Part shown: positions 53,664 through 62,756 of the stretch, piece after piece
Numbering within the stretch: the first letter of the stretch is position 1
How the letters are laid out: every line of letters starts with the position of its first letter
Origin: Clostridia bacterium
GTDB lineage: Bacteria; Bacillota; Peptococcia; DRI-13; UBA5745
Assembly: GCA_018436095.1 (NCBI GenBank)
Contig: JAHDMJ010000005.1
Span: forward strand, 76,400-140,399
Direction: 5' to 3'
Length of the DNA stretch: 64,000 nucleotides
Made by a program: the position numbers and the translations under genes
The notes under the pieces: model-generated
Seen by the model: only the letters and a program-made list of their open reading frames with translations
The model's database searches: none
What the model was told of the DNA's origin: nothing

Positions 53664-54440
53664 TCAGCTTAAAGCCGCCCCGATTGCTCCGGCAAAACGG
53701 GATAACGGCGAAGTCTTCACCTGGCAGCCCAGTTGAACTGCCAATGCCTTTCTCAAGCCTTCCAGATCGGCCAAGCCGCCGGTAAGCAAAAGGGGCAGCC
53801 CCACTTCCACCCGGGCGGCTAAAGCAGCGGCTCTGCTGGCTACTGCATCAATGACGCCCCCTGCCACCTCCTGACGGCTTTTGCCCGCCGCCAAAAGAGA
53901 GACGATCTCCGAATCGGCAAATACGGCACACATACTGCTGAGACGGCAGCTTTCGCCGCTTTCCAGCAGGCCGTCAAGCTCCCTTAAGGTAACTCCCATG
54001 CGGGCAGCAGACATCTCCAGGAAACGGCCGGTGCCGGCGGCACATTTGTCATTCATCTGAAAGGCCAGGACTTTGCCGTTGTGCAGGCTGATAGCCTTGG
54101 AATCCTGGCCGCCGATGTCGATGACGGTACGCACCCCGGGCAGCAGATACTCGGCGCCCCGGCTGTGGCAGGTGATTTCCGTAACGGCGCGGGCAGCAAA
54201 AGGAATAGCTACCCGCCCGTAGCCTGTGGCAATCACCGTTATACCGCCAGGGATGCCCTCCGGCCCTGCTGCCGGGCCGCATTGCAGCAGCATCTCCCGC
54301 AGCAGCTCCTCTGCCGTCTCCCGGGGATTCCATCCCGTAGGCTTAACCGCCTTAGCTACGATGGCCCCGTCCTGCATCAAAACACCCTTGCAGGCGGCGG
54401 AACCGCAATCGATACCGGCCACAATAGCTGAGGCATTCAT
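53664..54440 (-). CDS. BadF/BadG/BcrA/BcrD-type ATPase (2-hydroxyacyl-CoA dehydratase activase-like)
   Basis: 258 aa: AGIDCGSAACKGVL...DIGGQDSKAI...NDKCAAGTGRFLE, the ASKHA-fold activase pattern with cluster-bridging Cys. Confidence 0.85.
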   Translation of the reverse strand: MNASAIVAGIDCGSAACKGVLMQDGAIVAKAVKPTGWNPRETAEELLREMLLQCGPAAGPEGIPGGITVIATGYGRVAIPFAARAVTEITCHSRGAEYLLPGVRTVIDIGGQDSKAISLHNGKVLAFQMNDKCAAGTGRFLEMSAARMGVTLRELDGLLESGESCRLSSMCAVFADSEIVSLLAAGKSRQEVAGGVIDAVASRAAALAARVEVGLPLLLTGGLADLEGLRKALAVQLGCQVKTSPLSRFAGAIGAALS

Positions 54441-55597
54441 TACAGCATCTCCAAAAAGGCGCCGGCTCTGGTGGCCAACTGCCCGATGTCGGCGGTGCTG
54501 TAATCCGTCTCCAGATGCAAGTAGGGTATACCCTTTTTCTGCAGATGAGTCTTAATGGTATAAGTCTCTATAGAATAAGGGTGGCAGGATTGCAGCGTCA
54601 TTTCCACAACGCCGTCCACTTTAAACTGCTGGCAAAGCCGGTCTAAAAGCTCCAGGCGGTTGGTATCCGGCGTCATTACCGCACAACCGATTTGCAAATA
54701 ATACCGGGCAATATTGGTAATAGGATCCCCCTCCTCCTGACATTGGCGGTCCATTTGCTTGGCGCCTGTGCAGTTTTCATAGACCACCACTACTGCGCCG
54801 GCCTCTTCAATGACCTTCACCACTTTTTCCGTAACGCCGCCCATGGGGCAACCGGTAATCAGAATGCGGGGAGCCTTCTCGGGAACCGGCCTTTCACCGG
54901 CGGCATAAGCGGCCTTGATGCTGTCGATAGCTTGCTGCAGCTCCGCCACTTTTTCATTCCAGTCAAATTTAAACTGAGAGCCAAAAAGAATCTGCAATTG
55001 TCTCAAGCCGCTGACAGGAGGCGGCGTCATCGCACTAAGCTCATAAATCTCCTTCAGAAGACGGCGTTCCACATTTCTTTTGCGAATGGCTTCCTTTAGC
55101 ATATCGTCGGTAATCGTGACGCCAAAATCCTTTTCCACCCGCTCTTTTAGGCGGACAATCTCCGCCCGCCACAAAGCAAAGGCCTCCTCCGTATTCTGCT
55201 TGCGGGGCAATTCCAAAATATGAAGATTCTTAATCTGACCCAGCAGCTCATACATTTTCACTTTACCGTCGCAGGTGGTCTCCCCTACCACCAGGTCAGA
55301 GAAGTACATGTAGGGACATTTATCGGTAATAGCAAAACCATAGCTGGATTTAATCAGGGGGCAAAGGTTCCCCGGCAGAACCTTTTCCGCCTCCGGTATA
55401 GTCTCGTCGCTGGTCGAGCACAGGCCCACGCTGACCAGGCCGGCAGCCATAAAAATTTCTAAAGGCGTATAGGTGCAGAACTGTCCCACCACACCTTTGC
55501 CTTCATCTTTAATTTCCTTCATGGCCAAAAAACCCTTTTGCCTTGCCTCGGCAAAGCTTTCAAAAATTTCCGGCAGTTCTTTTTTCATTTCCAGCAT
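54440..55597 (-). CDS. 2-hydroxyacyl-CoA dehydratase-family protein, single subunit (double-cubane-cluster-protein-like)
   Basis: 385 aa with many conserved-looking Cys (FCTYTP, GLCSTS, NLCPLIK, DKCPYMY, ETTCDGK, TGCPMGG, ENCTGAK, LQSCHPYS). Adjacent to the activase with a 1-nt overlap. No second dehydratase subunit is present. Confidence 0.75.
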   Translation of the reverse strand: MLEMKKELPEIFESFAEARQKGFLAMKEIKDEGKGVVGQFCTYTPLEIFMAAGLVSVGLCSTSDETIPEAEKVLPGNLCPLIKSSYGFAITDKCPYMYFSDLVVGETTCDGKVKMYELLGQIKNLHILELPRKQNTEEAFALWRAEIVRLKERVEKDFGVTITDDMLKEAIRKRNVERRLLKEIYELSAMTPPPVSGLRQLQILFGSQFKFDWNEKVAELQQAIDSIKAAYAAGERPVPEKAPRILITGCPMGGVTEKVVKVIEEAGAVVVVYENCTGAKQMDRQCQEEGDPITNIARYYLQIGCAVMTPDTNRLELLDRLCQQFKVDGVVEMTLQSCHPYSIETYTIKTHLQKKGIPYLHLETDYSTADIGQLATRAGAFLEML

Positions 55598-55783
55598 ATT
55601 TTTTCTCCCTCTCCCCTCTTACCCTTGTTCTCTTGTCATTCCGTACCGTTGTGCGAAAATATCATAACGATTTTAGTATAGCGGATAATCTTGTTATAAT
55701 CAACCGGTAACCTTGACCAAGCCTGGCAGCAATGGCTATACTAGGCTTTGAAGAGATAAACTTCAGACGGGAGGTCGGCAAAA

Positions 55784-56551
55784 ATGCTGGGTTATATGTT
55801 CAAAGACGATAAACGGTTCCATTACGCAGAAGAATATTTGCAGGATCAGGGTTACACTTTTGCCGGCGACTTATGGGCGCCGGAGAATCTGGATTTTATT
55901 GTTTTCCCTTTTTTCGGCAAAGTAGACGCCGCTGAATACGACAACCTTTTCTTTAACCGGCTGAAAAAGGAGGCCGTCCTGTTTTCCGGGGTTTTCAACG
56001 AGTACATAGCAGGCCAATGTCAGGCCGGAGGCTGGCCCTATTATCCGATCATGAATGATGAGGCCGTAAAAGCCAAAAACGCCATCCCCACTTCGGAAGG
56101 CGTTATTGCCCACTTAATCTATAATCGAAACAAAACCTTATTCGGCAGCTCCGTCCTGGTTGCCGGCTACGGTATTGTAGGCAGCAGCCTGGCGGAAAAG
56201 CTGCAGGCTTTAGGCGCTAAGGTGTATGCTTTGGTCCGCAACAGCGTAAAAGAAAGCTATGCTTACCGCCAAGGCCTAACGCCGGTTTATTTGCAGGATA
56301 TCGGCAAACTGCAGTTTGATGTAGTCGTCAACACCGTGCCGGCAGAAGTCTTTGACAAGAGTATGTTGGATCAGCTAAAAGGAGCGATGATGGTGGAAAT
56401 TGCTTCGCCGCCTTACGGCTTTTCTATGGAATATGCCAAAACTTTAAATCCCGATTCCGTTTTGCTGCCCGGTATTCCCGGCAAACTGGCCGTCAAATCA
56501 GCAGGACGGATCCTGGGCCAATATATTGACGAAAAACTTAAGTTGTATTAA
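55784..56551 (+). CDS. dpaA: Dipicolinate synthase subunit A-like NAD-binding protein
   Basis: 255 aa: AIPTSEGVIAHLI...SSVLVAGYGIVGSSLAEKLQALGAKVYALVRN...LLPGIPGKLAVKSAGRILGQYI, parallel to SpoVFA. No dpaB follows. Confidence 0.65.
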   Translation: MLGYMFKDDKRFHYAEEYLQDQGYTFAGDLWAPENLDFIVFPFFGKVDAAEYDNLFFNRLKKEAVLFSGVFNEYIAGQCQAGGWPYYPIMNDEAVKAKNAIPTSEGVIAHLIYNRNKTLFGSSVLVAGYGIVGSSLAEKLQALGAKVYALVRNSVKESYAYRQGLTPVYLQDIGKLQFDVVVNTVPAEVFDKSMLDQLKGAMMVEIASPPYGFSMEYAKTLNPDSVLLPGIPGKLAVKSAGRILGQYIDEKLKLY

Positions 56552-56645
56552 AAGCTTAAAATGAGAAATTGAGAAGACAAAACGATGCAAAAAATGTTAT
56601 AATAAGTTGAAAAAATACGAATAGCAGTTTGGAGGTCACCTGGCA

Positions 56646-57212
56646 ATGAAAAAATATCAATTAATTCGCAAGATTGACTTTTTAGGCCGGATCGTTATTC
56701 CTAAACAAATCCGGCGCAGCTTTAGAATTGTCATCGGTGACCCCTTGGAATTTTTCGTTAATCAAAAAGGCGAACTGATTTTGGAAAAATATTCACTGGT
56801 CAAAGGCTTAGGGTCTTTGCTTGACGATATAGCCAATCCTCTCCATGAAGCCACCGGCAGCATGGTCATCATTACCGACAGAGATAATACGGTATACGTA
56901 GCCGGCGCCTCCCCGGAAGAATACGGCCAACATCCTATCGGCGCCGGAGTGGACAAAGTCCTGGCCAGCCGGACCGGCGTGCTGGAAAACAAACCGGGCA
57001 CAGCTTTAGCCGCCGCTATTCTTGAAGATGATGAGCGCAAGGCCCAATATAGCGCCGTAATTATCGAGCCCATACTTTTGCCGGAAATGGCTGTCGGTAC
57101 CCTCTGCCTGGCCAGCCGGGAAAAAGGCCGCAGTTTTGGGGATCTGGAAGTAACGCTGGCCAAATTCGCAGCTACGCTTCTGGCCAAGAATATCTCGGCT
57201 TACGACGAATAA
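56646..57212 (+). CDS. spoVT: Stage V sporulation protein T (AbrB-type N-terminus plus GAF-like C-terminus)
   Basis: 188 aa: IRKIDFLGRIVIPKQIRRSFRIVIGDPLEFFVNQKGELILEKY, an AbrB/SpoVT SpoVT-AbrB domain. Confidence 0.85.
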   Translation: MKKYQLIRKIDFLGRIVIPKQIRRSFRIVIGDPLEFFVNQKGELILEKYSLVKGLGSLLDDIANPLHEATGSMVIITDRDNTVYVAGASPEEYGQHPIGAGVDKVLASRTGVLENKPGTALAAAILEDDERKAQYSAVIIEPILLPEMAVGTLCLASREKGRSFGDLEVTLAKFAATLLAKNISAYDE

Positions 57213-57282
57213 TCTTTTGGCGGCCAGTCATAAAGCTCTCCAGCTTCGGCATTCGGTATCCATACGATAGCAGCACCATTTC

Positions 57283-57308
57283 AAATACCTCCTTGCGAGG
57301 TATTTTTT
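57283..57308 (+). terminator. Rho-independent terminator of spoVT
   Basis: AAATACCTC-cttgc-GAGGTATTT followed by TTT. Confidence 0.75.
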
Positions 57309-57450
57309 GCGTTGGGCAGTAAATACCGACACCCGCAAATTACCTAAAATGTTTTATTTTTTTTTAGAATTTTAATGAGAGACTTTCTATAATAGTAGAC
57401 AAAGTCATATAGAGACACCACTCCAACAATAATGGAAAGCAGGAATATCA

Positions 57451-58446
57451 ATGCATGATTTAATAAGAATAATTGACGATGCAAAATATCGGGCCATTGC
57501 CGGCAACCCCCTTGACCATGGGACAATTGTTGCCTTATTGTCCATTCCGGAAGAATCGGAGCTCTGCGATTATCTGGGCGCCGCCGCCAGGGAGGCAGCC
57601 GCCGCGATTTGCGGCAACCATGCCTATTTATGGGGAGCTGTGGGCGTAGACGCCACGCCTTGCGAAATGAATTGCAAATATTGTTCGTTAGGAGAAGAGT
57701 GGGGTCTGATCAGCAAAAAAGAGCAACTGGAAGAAGGGGAGATTTTCCGGATTGTGCAAAACTATGAAAGAGGCAATGTCCGCTGGATTGTTCTGCGCAC
57801 CACCCAATTTTACCGCCTCGACAAGCTGAGCGGCCTCATTCAAAGAATACGCCGGGCTGTACCCGGCAAATACGAAATCGGCATCAATGCCGGCGAAATG
57901 GATGAGGCTCTGGCAGGGCAAGTAGCGGGGGCGGGAGCAGCCTTTGCCTACCATTCTCTGCGGCTGGGAGAAGGCCGGGATACCCTTTTCCGGCCCGCAG
58001 ACCGGGTGGCAACCCTGAAAGCCATCGGCGCCTCACCCTTGGATCTGGTCTACTTGGTGGAACCGGTAGGAAGGGAGCACTCCAATGAGGAAATCGCCGC
58101 TATCATGCAATCTGTTTTGGATTGCGGCGCCAACGTCTCCGGCGCCATGGCCAGAGTACCGGTGCCCGGCACGCCTTTAGGGCATATTCCGCAGATTTCG
58201 GAGCGCCGCCTGGCTCAAATCATCGCTGTCAGCCGTCTGGTTTGCGGCCGCGCTATTCCGGATATCTGTGTTCACCCATGCAATGATCTGGCCCTGGCTT
58301 GGGGAGCCAACGTGACGGTGGTGGAGTGCGGCTCCATCCCCAGGGATATCGGCCAGCACGGCCAGGCCTGGCATGGTTTTGACTGCCGCCAGGCTGATGA
58401 GGCTTTCCGCCGCAACGGCTATACCGTTCATCAAACCAAGCAATAA
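57451..58446 (+). CDS. Radical SAM enzyme, BioB/ThiH/HydE-like
   Basis: 331 aa with a CxxxCxxC motif (CEMNCKYCSLG) about 80 aa from the N-terminus. TIM-barrel-sized, with a C-terminal region containing further Cys. Confidence 0.75.
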   Translation: MHDLIRIIDDAKYRAIAGNPLDHGTIVALLSIPEESELCDYLGAAAREAAAAICGNHAYLWGAVGVDATPCEMNCKYCSLGEEWGLISKKEQLEEGEIFRIVQNYERGNVRWIVLRTTQFYRLDKLSGLIQRIRRAVPGKYEIGINAGEMDEALAGQVAGAGAAFAYHSLRLGEGRDTLFRPADRVATLKAIGASPLDLVYLVEPVGREHSNEEIAAIMQSVLDCGANVSGAMARVPVPGTPLGHIPQISERRLAQIIAVSRLVCGRAIPDICVHPCNDLALAWGANVTVVECGSIPRDIGQHGQAWHGFDCRQADEAFRRNGYTVHQTKQ

Positions 58447-58485
58447 GAATGCACATACAATACCCGGTAAGAATAGGAAAGGATA

Positions 58486-59508
58486 ATGGCAATGAAAAAA
58501 CCTACCGCCACTATAATTTTTTGTCTCTTATTAAGCTTAGCCTTAACCGGCTGCTCATCCTCAAACCCCCAGCCCCCTGCCGGCGCCACTCGGCCGGCTC
58601 AAAACAGCCCAAGCACCGCACCGGCTAATGACTCGGAGCCTTTGAAAGTCACTATCGGCACTTGGAAAACAGCCCAAACCATTACTCCCTATTTCTATCA
58701 GGACTTTTCCGAGGGCAAGCTGACAGCGGAAGTGCTGCCCTTTACCAATCCCGGCGACCAGAAAACAGCTTTGCTGGCCGGCAGCCTGGATATGTGCGGC
58801 ACTACTATCGTCAGCGCCATTCTGGCGGCAGCCAATGACGAGCCCGTTGTCATTGTAGCCGGCCTGTGCAACAAATGCTCCGCCCTGGTGGCGGCCAGCG
58901 GCTCCGGTATCGAAAGCGGCGCCGACCTCAAAGGCAAGCGGATTGCTTACGTGCCCGGCACCATGCACCATATCCTGCTGCTGGACGTGCTGCGGCAAAA
59001 TAATCTGGATCCCGACAAGGATGTTGCCTTGAAACGCATTGATTTCTTTGATATGGGAACCGCCCTGGCCGGCGGCGAAATCGACGCTTTCTGCAGCGGC
59101 GAGCCCTACCCTACCGTCGCCCAGTTGGAGGGCTACGGCAAGATTATCAGCTATCCCTATTTCGATGATTCCATCGGCGCCATCAACGCAGCCATGATCG
59201 TGACAAAAAAGATGGCGCAAGAGCAGCCGGAAAAGGTCCAGGCACTGGTCAATGCTCATGTGGCAGCCACCCATGGCCTGGGCGCCGACCCTAAGCTTTG
59301 GCTGGGCAAAGCCGCCGAATTTGGCAGCGATCCCGCTGTTTTGGAGGCTGCCGCCGACAATATCGAACTGTTTTACGATATTGATGAGGCATTTTTGGCC
59401 CATACTGCCAGGCTGGCCGAAGAAATGCTGGCTTTAGGCCTGATTGACAAAATCCCCGACATCGACACTATGTTTGATCTAACCTTTTTGAACAATGCTA
59501 AAAAGTAA
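58486..59508 (+). CDS. ABC substrate-binding lipoprotein (NMT1/THI5-like, NitT/TauT family)
   Basis: 340 aa with lipobox LALTGCSS and a type 2 binding-protein pattern. Confidence 0.75.
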   Translation: MAMKKPTATIIFCLLLSLALTGCSSSNPQPPAGATRPAQNSPSTAPANDSEPLKVTIGTWKTAQTITPYFYQDFSEGKLTAEVLPFTNPGDQKTALLAGSLDMCGTTIVSAILAAANDEPVVIVAGLCNKCSALVAASGSGIESGADLKGKRIAYVPGTMHHILLLDVLRQNNLDPDKDVALKRIDFFDMGTALAGGEIDAFCSGEPYPTVAQLEGYGKIISYPYFDDSIGAINAAMIVTKKMAQEQPEKVQALVNAHVAATHGLGADPKLWLGKAAEFGSDPAVLEAAADNIELFYDIDEAFLAHTARLAEEMLALGLIDKIPDIDTMFDLTFLNNAKK

Positions 59509-60316
59509 GCCCATACGCCAACGGGAGCCGGGGAAAAATCCCGGGCTCCCTTATCTGTTGCCTGCCCTGCTGCTGCTGGCCTGGTTTTTAACCACTCATT
59601 TTCAGCTTCTGCCCCCTTACCTTCTGCCCAAACCCACGGACACCCTGCGTGCTCTTGTCCGGTTTGCCGCTCCCGGGGCAACAGGCCCTTATGGCGGCAC
59701 CCTATGGGTTCATTTATGGCATAGCCTGGGCCGGGTCTGCCGGGGCTTCGGCCTGGCTGCCGGAGCCGGCCTGCTGCTGGGCTATCTTTGCGGGCGCCGG
59801 CAAGGGCTGAACCGAATCATCAGTCCCTTCGTCCATCTGATACGTTCCGTACCCGGTATCGGCTGGCTGCCTTTGGCTATCGTCTGGTTTGGCGTAGGGG
59901 AAAAAAACACTTTATTTCTGATATCCCTGGCTTCTTTTTTTCCCATCTTCACCAATACGGTTCATAGCGCCGCTTCCGTCAGCCAACAGATAATTCTGGC
60001 CGGCCAAATGCTGGGAGCAAAAAAAACAGCCTTGTTTACCTCAGTGATCCTGCCCGCCTCCTTTGCGGGGGTAGCCGTGGGACTGCGCTTGGGCTTGGGA
60101 ATCGCCTGGGCTTACCTGGTTCTTGGTGAAATGACCGGCGTTAACTATGGCCTGGGAGCAGTAATGACCGACGCCCGGATGCTGGGTAATACCGCTATGG
60201 TTATCGTTTGCATTGTGGTAATCGCCATTGCCGCCAAAATCACCGACAGCCTGCTGCTCTTAGGCTGCCGGCTTGCGGCGCCCATAGAGCAGGAAAAAGC
60301 GGGAGGAAATTCATGA
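59495..60316 (+). CDS. ABC transporter permease (NitT/TauT family)
   Basis: 273 aa with a BPD_transp_1-type EAA region (AGQMLGAKKTALFTSVILPASF). Overlaps the SBP stop. Confidence 0.8.
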   Translation: MLKSKPIRQREPGKNPGLPYLLPALLLLAWFLTTHFQLLPPYLLPKPTDTLRALVRFAAPGATGPYGGTLWVHLWHSLGRVCRGFGLAAGAGLLLGYLCGRRQGLNRIISPFVHLIRSVPGIGWLPLAIVWFGVGEKNTLFLISLASFFPIFTNTVHSAASVSQQIILAGQMLGAKKTALFTSVILPASFAGVAVGLRLGLGIAWAYLVLGEMTGVNYGLGAVMTDARMLGNTAMVIVCIVVIAIAAKITDSLLLLGCRLAAPIEQEKAGGNS

Positions 60317-61122
60317 GGAGTGATTTAAGGCAAAATAGTCCGGCGCCGGTGTCGCCAAAGCCGGCACCTTTAATACGGGCAGAGCATATAGGCAAATCCT
60401 ATACCGCCGCTGACGGCAATCTGCTGCCGGTATTGCAGGACATCTCCCTGGCCATTGAGCAAAATGCTTCCGTGGCCCTGTTGGGCCCCAGCGGCTGCGG
60501 CAAAACAACCTTGCTGCACCTGATGGCCGGCTTTCTGCAGCCTGACGGCGGCCAGCTTTACTATAAGGGAAAGCCCCTGGGGGAGCTCCATCCCCAAACC
60601 GGGGTGCTGTTTCAATCTCCCACCCTCTTTAATTGGCTGACTGTGGAGGATAATGTGGCCTTCGGCCTCAAGCGGGCCGGCCTGGCCAAGGCCGAGCGCC
60701 AGGCCCGCTGCGCCGGTTTTATCCGTCGGGTGGGACTGGCGGGCTTCGAAAAGGCTTATCCTGCCCAGCTTTCCGGCGGCATGCAGCAGCGGGCGGCTTT
60801 GGCCCGGATACTGGTTTTGGAACCGGAGGTTTTGCTGCTGGATGAGCCCTTCGGCGCTTTGGACGCCATGACCCGCCGCAACATGCATAAGCTGTTGTTT
60901 GAATTGCGCAAGGATATTCCCTTTACCACCGTCTTTATCACCCATGATGTGGAGGAGGCTGTGATTCTGGCGGAGCGGGTGGTGGTTCTTTCCCAGCGGC
61001 CGGCCCGAATCATTAAGGAGGTCACGGTGCCCTTTACGCCGGAAGAAAGCCTCGATGTGGACTCCCATGCATTTGCAGATATCAAAAAACAAATCCGCAC
61101 TTTGCTGGAGCAGACGGAATAG
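60313..61122 (+). CDS. ABC transporter ATP-binding protein (NitT/TauT family)
   Basis: ATG 60313 overlaps the permease stop (ATGA) and follows GGGAGGAAA. GPSGCGKTT, LSGGMQQR, LLLDEP and ITHD are present. The 60208 start in the track is an in-frame read-through of the permease gene. Confidence 0.85.
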   Translation: MRSDLRQNSPAPVSPKPAPLIRAEHIGKSYTAADGNLLPVLQDISLAIEQNASVALLGPSGCGKTTLLHLMAGFLQPDGGQLYYKGKPLGELHPQTGVLFQSPTLFNWLTVEDNVAFGLKRAGLAKAERQARCAGFIRRVGLAGFEKAYPAQLSGGMQQRAALARILVLEPEVLLLDEPFGALDAMTRRNMHKLLFELRKDIPFTTVFITHDVEEAVILAERVVVLSQRPARIIKEVTVPFTPEESLDVDSHAFADIKKQIRTLLEQTE

Positions 61123-61136
61123 AGCCGGCGGTGTAG

Positions 61137-62729
61137 CTAAACTTCTAAAACAGCTCCTTTTCTTACTCCCGTAGGTTTTCCTTCTGACATAGTTAAACCT
61201 CCATTTATAATTACCGTATCGATACCGGTGGAATACTGGTGAGGTTTTTCGAAGGTGGCTTTGTCTTTTATTTTATCTCTGTCAAAAACCAAAAGATCCG
61301 CTTTAAGTCCCACCTTCAATACTCCGCGATTGGTTAAGCCGATTTTCTGAGCAGGGTAGGAAGTCATCATTCGAACAGCATTTTCCAAAGCCATAATTTC
61401 TTTTTCCCGCACATAATGAGCAATAAGCCTGGGAAAAGCTCCATAGTTTCTTGGATGGGGTTTACCTCCGGATAAAACGCCCTCCGCAGCTAATATTTTG
61501 CCATCAGAGCACAGCATTGCCAAAGGGTGGTTAAGCGTCTTTTCAACATTCTCTTCACTTAAACAATTGCAAACGGCCATAACTCCGCATTTATCTTCAA
61601 TCATTAAATTAATAAACGCTTCTCCCTCACTAACTCCATGGCCTCTGGCTATTTCACTTATTGCAATCCCTTCGCACCAGGAGTTTTTATCCAACTGGCA
61701 GGAAGCTACGACAATATTATCCCAGCCTCCATATTTTAATGCTATAGCCTCTAACTCCAATAAGATTTTGGCCTTATTGTCAGGCTTCTGCAAATTCTGT
61801 ACTATTTCATCAATCCCGCCATTTTGGGACCAGCGAGGCAGCAAAGCCATTAATAATGTATTAAGTTTAGTATAGGGATACAAGTCATAAGTAACTTCAA
61901 CGCCCCTATTTCTTGCCATCTCAATTAATTCAAGGATCCTATCCATCTTGTGCCAATTTAATTTGCCTTGAGATTTAAGATGTGAAATATGGAGTTTAAC
62001 ACCGGTTTCTTCTCCTATTTCAAGAATTTCCTGTAAAGCTTCCTCCACAGTATCCCCTTCATCTCGAATATGGGCTGTTAGCAATTTATTACGTAATCTG
62101 ACCACTTCGGCTAAGGGTATCAGCTCTTTTTTTGTGGAGAAGCCGCCGGGCGAATAAGCAAGGCCCAAAGACATACCCGCCGCCCCTTGACCTAAGCAGG
62201 TGTCTAAAAGCTGAGCCATTTTTTCTATATCTTCTTTTTTTGCCTTTATTTGCTCAAAGCCCATGACTGCTATTCTGATTACTCCGTGGCCTACTAACGA
62301 CAGAAAATTCAAAGCTGGTTTGACTGCTCTGACCTCATCAAAAAAATCCGCCATGCTTTGCCAGTTCCACTTAAGTGTGCCGGGCATAAAGGCTGTGTAT
62401 TTTTTTAGTCCCTCTAAGAATTCATAATTTACCGGGGCTAATGAATAACCGCAATTACCGGCCAATTCTGTAGTAACGCCTTGATATAATTTGCTGCTGC
62501 CCCAAGGGTGCTGCAGCACTGTAAAATCCGAATGGGTATGTATATCGATAAAGCCAGGACTGACATATTTATTTTCCGCATCAATTACCAAGGTATCAGG
62601 CCTAATATCTTCCGGCTTTATAAAACCAATATATTTTATAATATCCCCGGTAATACCAATATCCCCGTAATACCATGGGTTTCCTGTCCCATCAATTATC
62701 TTGCCGTTTTTAACAATTATCTGATACAC
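61137..62729 (-). CDS. N-acyl-D-amino-acid deacylase (D-aminoacylase), paralog 2, AT-rich
   Basis: 530 aa: MYQIIVKNGKIIDGTG...VSPGFIDIHTHSD...LYQGVTTELAGNCG, colinear with the paralog at 18622-20214. Confidence 0.85.
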   Translation of the reverse strand: MYQIIVKNGKIIDGTGNPWYYGDIGITGDIIKYIGFIKPEDIRPDTLVIDAENKYVSPGFIDIHTHSDFTVLQHPWGSSKLYQGVTTELAGNCGYSLAPVNYEFLEGLKKYTAFMPGTLKWNWQSMADFFDEVRAVKPALNFLSLVGHGVIRIAVMGFEQIKAKKEDIEKMAQLLDTCLGQGAAGMSLGLAYSPGGFSTKKELIPLAEVVRLRNKLLTAHIRDEGDTVEEALQEILEIGEETGVKLHISHLKSQGKLNWHKMDRILELIEMARNRGVEVTYDLYPYTKLNTLLMALLPRWSQNGGIDEIVQNLQKPDNKAKILLELEAIALKYGGWDNIVVASCQLDKNSWCEGIAISEIARGHGVSEGEAFINLMIEDKCGVMAVCNCLSEENVEKTLNHPLAMLCSDGKILAAEGVLSGGKPHPRNYGAFPRLIAHYVREKEIMALENAVRMMTSYPAQKIGLTNRGVLKVGLKADLLVFDRDKIKDKATFEKPHQYSTGIDTVIINGGLTMSEGKPTGVRKGAVLEV

Positions 62730-62756
62730 TGCGCACCTCTCAGTCTTTAATTGAAC

